Shown here: positions 57,619 to 64,000 of the stretch, piece by piece | How the letters are laid out: the number at the start of each line of letters is the position of its first letter | How positions within the stretch are numbered: position 1 is the first letter of the stretch | Assembly: GCA_964016885.1 (NCBI GenBank) | Contig: OZ024753.1 | Span: 31,806,001-31,870,000, forward strand | Direction: 5' to 3' | Source of the DNA: Eledone cirrhosa | Lineage: Eukaryota | DNA length: 64,000 bases | The notes under the pieces: generated by a model | What the model saw: only the letters and a program-made list of their open reading frames with translations | Told to the model about the DNA's origin: nothing | Databases searched by the model: none | Program-made: the position numbers and the translations under genes

Positions 57619-58143
57619 GTATGTTCAAACATTTATTTATTTATTCATTTGCTGGTTTCATTGACTGAACTGGGTCATGCTGGGGCTACACTTTGAAGTG
57701 TTTTAGCAAATTATATTGATTCCCAATATTTATTTTATATATTTTATTTATAAATCTGTTACTTATTTTATCGATCTTTCTATTTTGTCAAGCCAATAAG
57801 TTACAAAACATAAACAGTAAATGAAATCATAGACACACACACATGCAATTACACAAAGTCTTATTGGTTTCATATTTGTTGGGAAAGGATAAGCAATGTG
57901 TTAATGTATCAGATATTAGTCTTTCATCAGTAAAGAGTAAAATTAGGAAAAAGAGGAGGTTGAAAGCTTGAAAAATAATGACAAAAGGTTTTGTTAGGAT
58001 GTGTAAGGTTGTCAGGAATATGTGTGTGTATGTAGTTCAACATTTAGTAACACAGTTGTTATAGAGCATTTGGGTCTATCATTGTTACTCATATACAAAA
58101 ATAATAATTATGAAGACCAAAATCCAAAGAGGGCTCAATAAGG

Positions 58144-58180
<37 letters not shown>

Positions 58181-60261
58181 ATAGAGCAAATATTTATTTT
58201 TAGTACAGTTTAAAGTTTAAGCAAAGAATTTCTGCTTTCACCCTATTATGTGATCTTCTGAAATTTTTTCGGAAGATCATATAAACAAAGTTTCATACAC
58301 TTAACATGTATGTACCTCCAATGGTTTCAGGCCCTTCATTCGGCCACATGGACGAAAATATATATATGGGTGTGTGTATATGTATATATATATATATACA
58401 GTATATATATAAATATATATATATATGCATACATATATACAAGCATCTGTGTCGTTTCCATCTACCAACTTTTACTCACAAGGCATTGCTGAACTCAGGG
58501 CTCTTGTTGAAGACATTTGCCTAAGGTGCCATGCAGTGGGACTGACAGGTTTTCTGTTCAGTAGTATTATGTCTTGTTCAAAGACGTGTTTACTTGATCA
58601 AGCCTTATTTGAGACTACGTAACAACAACAACACCAACAGCAACCACAATTGTCTTGTTGTAAGAAAGGACTGTTGGATAAGTCTGACCTAAGGTTACAC
58701 AACAACAATAACAATGAGGTCTTATGTCTCATTGAAAAAAAATTTATTTGTACAAAATATAAATGTTTGTTTGGCAAAATTCCATGTTAAGCCTCAATCA
58801 ACAGATCTGTTGAGTCAACAGATCAATAAAGTCAACATTTATATTCCAGATAAGATCAATAATACTTGATAGGAATTATAAACAAATAGAAGCAATTTAA
58901 TCTAAACAAAAATGATTAGAAATGGTCTTTAAATAAATATGATGTCATTAGTGTATGGCTGGTAGTATCAGTGTTTTTGTTGTTGTTGTTGCTTAATCTT
59001 GGATCATATCTGATCCAGCAGACTTATGATCAAAAGTTCTTCCGGCTTGGATCATCTTGCCTTGCTTTCATTCAAAATGTATCTAGGACTACATTATTTA
59101 ATGTATAGTATAGTAATGGTTATAGTTGTTGTTTAGCTCCAGGCCCATTCAATTCCAGCAGAACTATGATCAAAGACATCTTCTGGATCATAGCATCTTT
59201 TAATCAGATATAGCATTTCAGGATAGTAGTTGCTATTAGTAGCTGTAGTTGTTGTTGTTGTTAAGCCTCAGGGACCTATTATCAAAGAGTGCCATGACTT
59301 TGATATGGTTTGCTGGAAGACGACTGACGTGGGGTTGTTTAGCGCCAAGTTACTCCTGTTCCAACAGACCTGTAATCAGAGCTCATCTAGTCTGAACCAT
59401 CCCATCTTTTATTCTGACTTCAGACATAATATATGTAGGACTATGTTATCTAATGTATAGTATAGTAGCTAGTATTTGTGGTTATAGTTGTTGTTGTTTA
59501 GCCCCACATCAGTCCTGTTCTTGCAAACTTATGATCAATGTCCATGGCAATGCCTCTACCATTTTGTTTGCTAGGCACAGCCGAAACACCACTCTGACTT
59601 AGGTGCAGAGTCTGTCACCCTCTCCCTTCCCCCTTTCTGTCTTTGATTAAAAATCCTGACCCTTTCACTCCGTTTTCTTTATGTTTGACTAAGTATTAAT
59701 ATCTTTATGTAATTTTATCCTAGAAATAAAATATTCCATACCTAAAAGAAAAATGTAAGGTTTAATCCACTGCGTGGTCCAGAATGAAGAAAACATTGCC
59801 CAAGAGGATGGCAAGGGAGACACATTTGAATAGCAGTTCCAAATCACAGGGCTCACTCCGAGTTCATTTTTATTTATATATAATTTATATACGTGGTAGA
59901 AGTAAAATTAGTTATATTCATTTGTTTTATTATCTTAATTTCTTTTAAACATCATCAAAGAAATTTTCAATCGATTTTTAAAAAGTTACTGACCATTTCC
60001 TATATGTCGCACTTTTCTCTCACTCTTTCTTTTCTACTCTCTTTATATCTTCAAGTTTCTCTCATTCTGTCTCTCTTTCTCTCTATCTATCCTTCTTTAT
60101 CCTTTTCTGGCTTGAATACTGTATCCCACTCTGACAATTTCTCACTACTTTGTCTAACACTTCTGCTCTGGTTTCTTTACATCTCTGCTTATCACTTATA
60201 CTCTATTTCTCCAACACATTTTCCCACACTCTGTCTTCAATATTCTATCTCGCCTTCATTC

Positions 60262-60376
60262 TCTCATATATATATATATATATATATGTCCACTTCCCAC
60301 GCACCTCCTCTCTTTATACATAATTAATTCTCCTCAAGTCGTTCACCTGTTGTCTATTGTTCTCTCTCTCTCTCTC

Positions 60377-60413
<37 letters not shown>

Positions 60414-60496
60414 ACTTCCCACGCACCTCCTCTCTTTATACATAATTAATTCTCCAGAAGTCGTTTACCTGTTGTCTATCGTTCTCTCTCTCTCTC

Positions 60497-60542
<46 letters not shown>
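60262..60542. repeat. ~120-bp tandem duplication
   Basis: gtccacttcccacgcacctcc occurs twice. Confidence 0.85.
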
Positions 60543-60545
<3 letters not shown>

Positions 60546-61489
60546 ACTCCAAGACATTAGCGATTGTTGTCTGTCTATTCTATTGACATTCCATCTTAAA
60601 TAAACTGAGAAACCAAACTCAGTAAACAACCAATACTGAAATAGAATGTTTCCCCCACCCCACCCCCGCCCCTCCTTAAAACTCAGTTATAAAATATATC
60701 ACAGAGGATTAGCTATGTTGTTTCCATGGTTACAACCATTCCATCTAACTGACCACCACCCTGAAAATTGTAATACATCAAATAAATGAAAGGAAAAATA
60801 ATTCAAACTGGAGAGTGGACAGGGTGAATTAATGTAGCTTCATGTTTAATTAAATTTTAAAACTAATTACAATCATGATATTAATGAAGATTATGAATTG
60901 TATAGCTACAGGCTCACAGCAGGATGAATAGTATAATAGCTATTTCACTAGCATAATGGAGTTGTGTGTGTGGTCAGGAGACAATAAGCTGCAATATCAG
61001 CATTACAACTGTCCACTTATTTTACTATATGGTATTGGTATGTATCCATAACTCCTGAAGGAGTCGTAGGGATGCCATATTGACATAAGGTGTTCCTACA
61101 GCATTTTAAAATCTGGCAGAGCCCACCACTGTCCAGGCCTGAATATAGGAGATTTCTCCCAGAGAAGAATAGAGAACAAGAGAATGAAAGTGAGAAAGAG
61201 ATACAGAGGAAGAATCAACCCCATTACTAGACTGGTACTTTTTTTATAGATATAAAATTATCAGGCATGACCAAAGTTCAGTGTCCCCTCTCCCGAATTT
61301 GTTTCCTCATAACTCTCTTAATAATGAATATTCTTTAATAACATTTTCCATCCTAAATTTGATGAACATAATTTCTTTTTAATTAATTAATTATTGTATA
61401 TAATGGTTCCATTTATTAATGGAACTGAATATTTTCGATTTGTGTTTGTTAGTAAGGCTAAACATTGGGATAAACTTAGATTTTATACT

Positions 61490-61832
61490 GGAGGCACATG
61501 GCTTAGTGGTTAGAGCATTGGCCTTGCAATCGAAAGGTTGTGAGTTCAATTCTCAGACCGGGTGATGTGTTGTTTCCTTGAGCAAGGCACTTTATTTCAC
61601 ATTGCTCCAGTTTACTCAGCTGTAGAATTGAGATGATAGGGACCGGGGTCCCTATCATCTCAATTCTACAGCTGCAATTCCACTGCAAAGTGGTCGTGGA
61701 GGTGCCACGGCAAAAAAGCACCCAGCACTCACTGTAAATGAGGTTGGTGTTAGGAAGGGCATCCAGCTGTAGAAATCAAGCCAGAATCAGTTCCCTGCAA
61801 GCAGGGAAAAGTGGACATAAAATTAAATGATG
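61490..61832 (+). mobile_element. tRNA-derived SINE family 2, full length, with internal 28-bp hairpin
   Basis: A box TGGCTTAGTGG, B box GAGTTCAATTCT, tail ttaggaagggcatccagctgtagaaa...tgatga. Confidence 0.85.
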
Positions 61833-61891
61833 AAAAATGACTATCAATTATGTTAATCCAACACCCATATATTTCTTTATTCTGTTTACAG

Positions 61892-62066
61892 GTTGAAACG
61901 ATAGGTGATGCCTATATGGTTGCTTCTGGACTTCCAGTGAGGAATGGCAATCTCCATGCCAGAGAAATAGCCAGGATGTCACTAGCATTACTAAAAAGTG
62001 TACTCTCATTTAAAATTCGACATCGACCAAACGATCAGTTAAAACTTCGAATAGGAATACATACCG
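61892..62066 (+). CDS. NPR1-like: Guanylyl cyclase domain exon ([19 protein letters not shown]...LKLRIGIHT)
   Basis: tttacAG acceptor, GTAAGT donor; 175 nt, phase 0/1; ETIGDAYM with GTP-specifying Glu and second metal Asp. Confidence 0.97.
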
Positions 62067-62279
62067 GTAAGTCGGAGTAGAACTATACCTTGGTCCTTTT
62101 ATCTTTTCGTTGTTATTGCTATTGTTGCTACTGCTTTGATGTTATTGTTGATATTGTTATTGCTGCTGCCCATTCCATCACCAGATCTTTTTCTTCTTTG
62201 CCCACTTATTTTTGAGAGGATCATGGGGGGTAGAGTCCTCAAGCATGCCTTCCAGAGAGTCCTGTCAGAAGCAACTGTC

Positions 62280-62440
62280 TCCAGTTGATCCGGCTAGATC
62301 CCCAAGTAAGACCAGCTGAAGACATAGATGTTAGCCATCCATCTTCTTCGAGGTCTACCCTTAGGTTTCTGTGTGTAAAATGTGTGCATCAATTCTTTCC
62401 TTAGATATTCTGACCACATGTCCATAATATTGCAGCAACA
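62280..62440 (-). mobile_element. Degenerate RTE-like LINE fragment
   Basis: KPKGRPRRRWMANI...WSYLGI motif. Confidence 0.45.
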
Positions 62441-63002
62441 CCACTGAGATAAGAAATATATTGTGTGTAAGTGTGGATGTGAATCATTGAGCATGTAAAA
62501 TTTGTGACTGTAAAAAGTGTTACTGACATATATATATATATACACACACATACACAGACAGAAATGTCATATTATTATGGTTGATTGCCAGAATACAAAA
62601 TCAATAATATTGATTTTGTCTCAGTGGTGTCCAATGCTGTAAAGCATCTCTTTAAGATGACTCATGAGGGTGTTATTTTGTTAAAAAGAGTTGGTCTGCT
62701 GGTCAGATGGTTAGCTATACTTTGTCTGATCTAAAACAGAGATAGTGTAGCAATCTAGTGAGAGGTAAGTTAGTAGTGACATATTTAATGAATCTATGAA
62801 GTATTGAAAAGCTAACTATATATATCATCATCATCATCATCATCAGTAGAAGCAGCACTATTTAATGTTTATTTTCCATGCTTCCATGGGTTAGACGAGT
62901 TGTCACATACTGAGGCAAGACTCATCAGGTGACTATATCTTGCTTGTATGCTCTGTTTTTTGGCTTAGTTTATGGCTGGGTTCCATTGCTAATCCCAACC
63001 AA

Positions 63003-63272
63003 TTTACAGTGTGGAGTAGGAGCATCATTTTATCGTGACTCCAACACTACTACTTTACAGGATCAACTGGGTGCATTTTTTTCATGTTACCAATACAACT
63101 GCCATACAGTGTGGACTAAGAGCATTTTATCGTGACTCCAACACTACTACTTTACAGGATCGACTGGGTGCATTTTTTCATGTCACCAGTACAACTGCCA
63201 TACAGTGTGGACTGGGAGCATTTTACAGGATGGACTAGGTGTATTCTGTCATGTCACCAGTACTTACAGTGT
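63003..63272. repeat. ~100-bp tandem repeat
   Basis: ttttatcgtgactccaacactactactttacaggatc occurs twice. Confidence 0.8.
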
Positions 63273-63577
63273 TGACGGGGTGCTTTGTGTCCATTCTTTT
63301 ACATGTTTTTCCATGATTGCAATTGTTGCACGAGTCTTTTCCAGCACAGTCAGGTGAATAGCAACAAACTGTAACAGCAGCTGCAGCATTTTTAAAACTC
63401 TTACAGCATCTTACTATTAATTTAATTTTTTTATTCTCTTACTATTATTCACTCTCTCTTTCTCTTCCCCATCCCTCTTTCTCTCTTCCCTCAAAACATT
63501 TCTCTCTCTCTGAGATTTGATAGTCACCTCCTTCTACAATATCTCTATATCTAAATAAAATGTTTGTGTCACTTCAG

Positions 63578-63676
63578 GTCCTGTGTGCAGTGGTGTTGTG
63601 GGATTAAAAATGCCACGTTATTGTTTATTTGGAGATACAGTGAATACTTGCTCAAGGATGGAATCGAATGGACTTC
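63578..63676 (+). CDS. NPR1-like: Guanylyl cyclase domain exon ([33 protein letters not shown]); gene continues beyond the window
   Basis: cttcAG acceptor, GTAAGC donor; 99 nt, phase 1/1; [12 protein letters not shown] motif. Confidence 0.97.
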
Positions 63677-63738
63677 GTAAGCCACCCATTATTGATAATT
63701 TAAATGATATTTTGTGTTTATTTATGTGCAATATTTTA

Positions 63739-63769
<31 letters not shown>

Positions 63770-64000
63770 TTATATATATATATAATAGTGGTAATAATAA
63801 TAATATCATTAATAAATGGAGTATTAAAACTGCTTTACCGGAGGTTAAAAGCTCAATGCAATGGGGTTCACGCAGAACTTTTATATACTAATTACTGATT
63901 TTTTGTTCCCTTATATATGTGTGTGAAAAACAGTAGTTAAGTATAGTGAAGTTAGTTTAAAACATTTAATACAGGGAACATCTCAAAGCTAAGTGAAAAT

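Noticed and set aside
57865-57940. CTGATGA...GAAA on the minus strand
   Set aside because: Stems I-III do not close convincingly
61490-61565. tRNA-like sequences with A and B boxes
   Set aside because: Heads of SINEs that continue into core and tail; no complete cloverleaf

Overview
Eukaryotic, very (TA)n-rich genomic DNA. The microsatellite load and SINE/LINE content suggest an octopus or other cephalopod (inference). The only host gene I can support is the 3' part of a receptor (membrane) guanylyl cyclase of the NPR1/NPR2 type on the + strand. Nine GT-AG exons (22593-63676) splice in frame and encode the kinase-homology domain, the coiled-coil hinge and most of the cyclase domain; the gene starts upstream and ends downstream of the window. 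The flanking and intronic DNA holds micro- and minisatellites, two tRNA-derived SINE families, and CR1-, RTE- and possibly Tx1-like LINE 3' fragments. The main hidden signal is a dense set of short modules embedded in (TA)n, often as asymmetric palindromes. They carry about 16 type-I hammerhead ribozyme motifs from about 5 sequence families, most with palindromic stem III. One family has a U3-A8 / C3-A8 core variant, and a further candidate family has a CAGAAGA core. One module is attached to a GIY-YIG endonuclease remnant, which identifies it as the pseudo-LTR of a Penelope-like retroelement; I infer the same for the other families. All long ORFs in the ORF track are artefacts of simple repeats.
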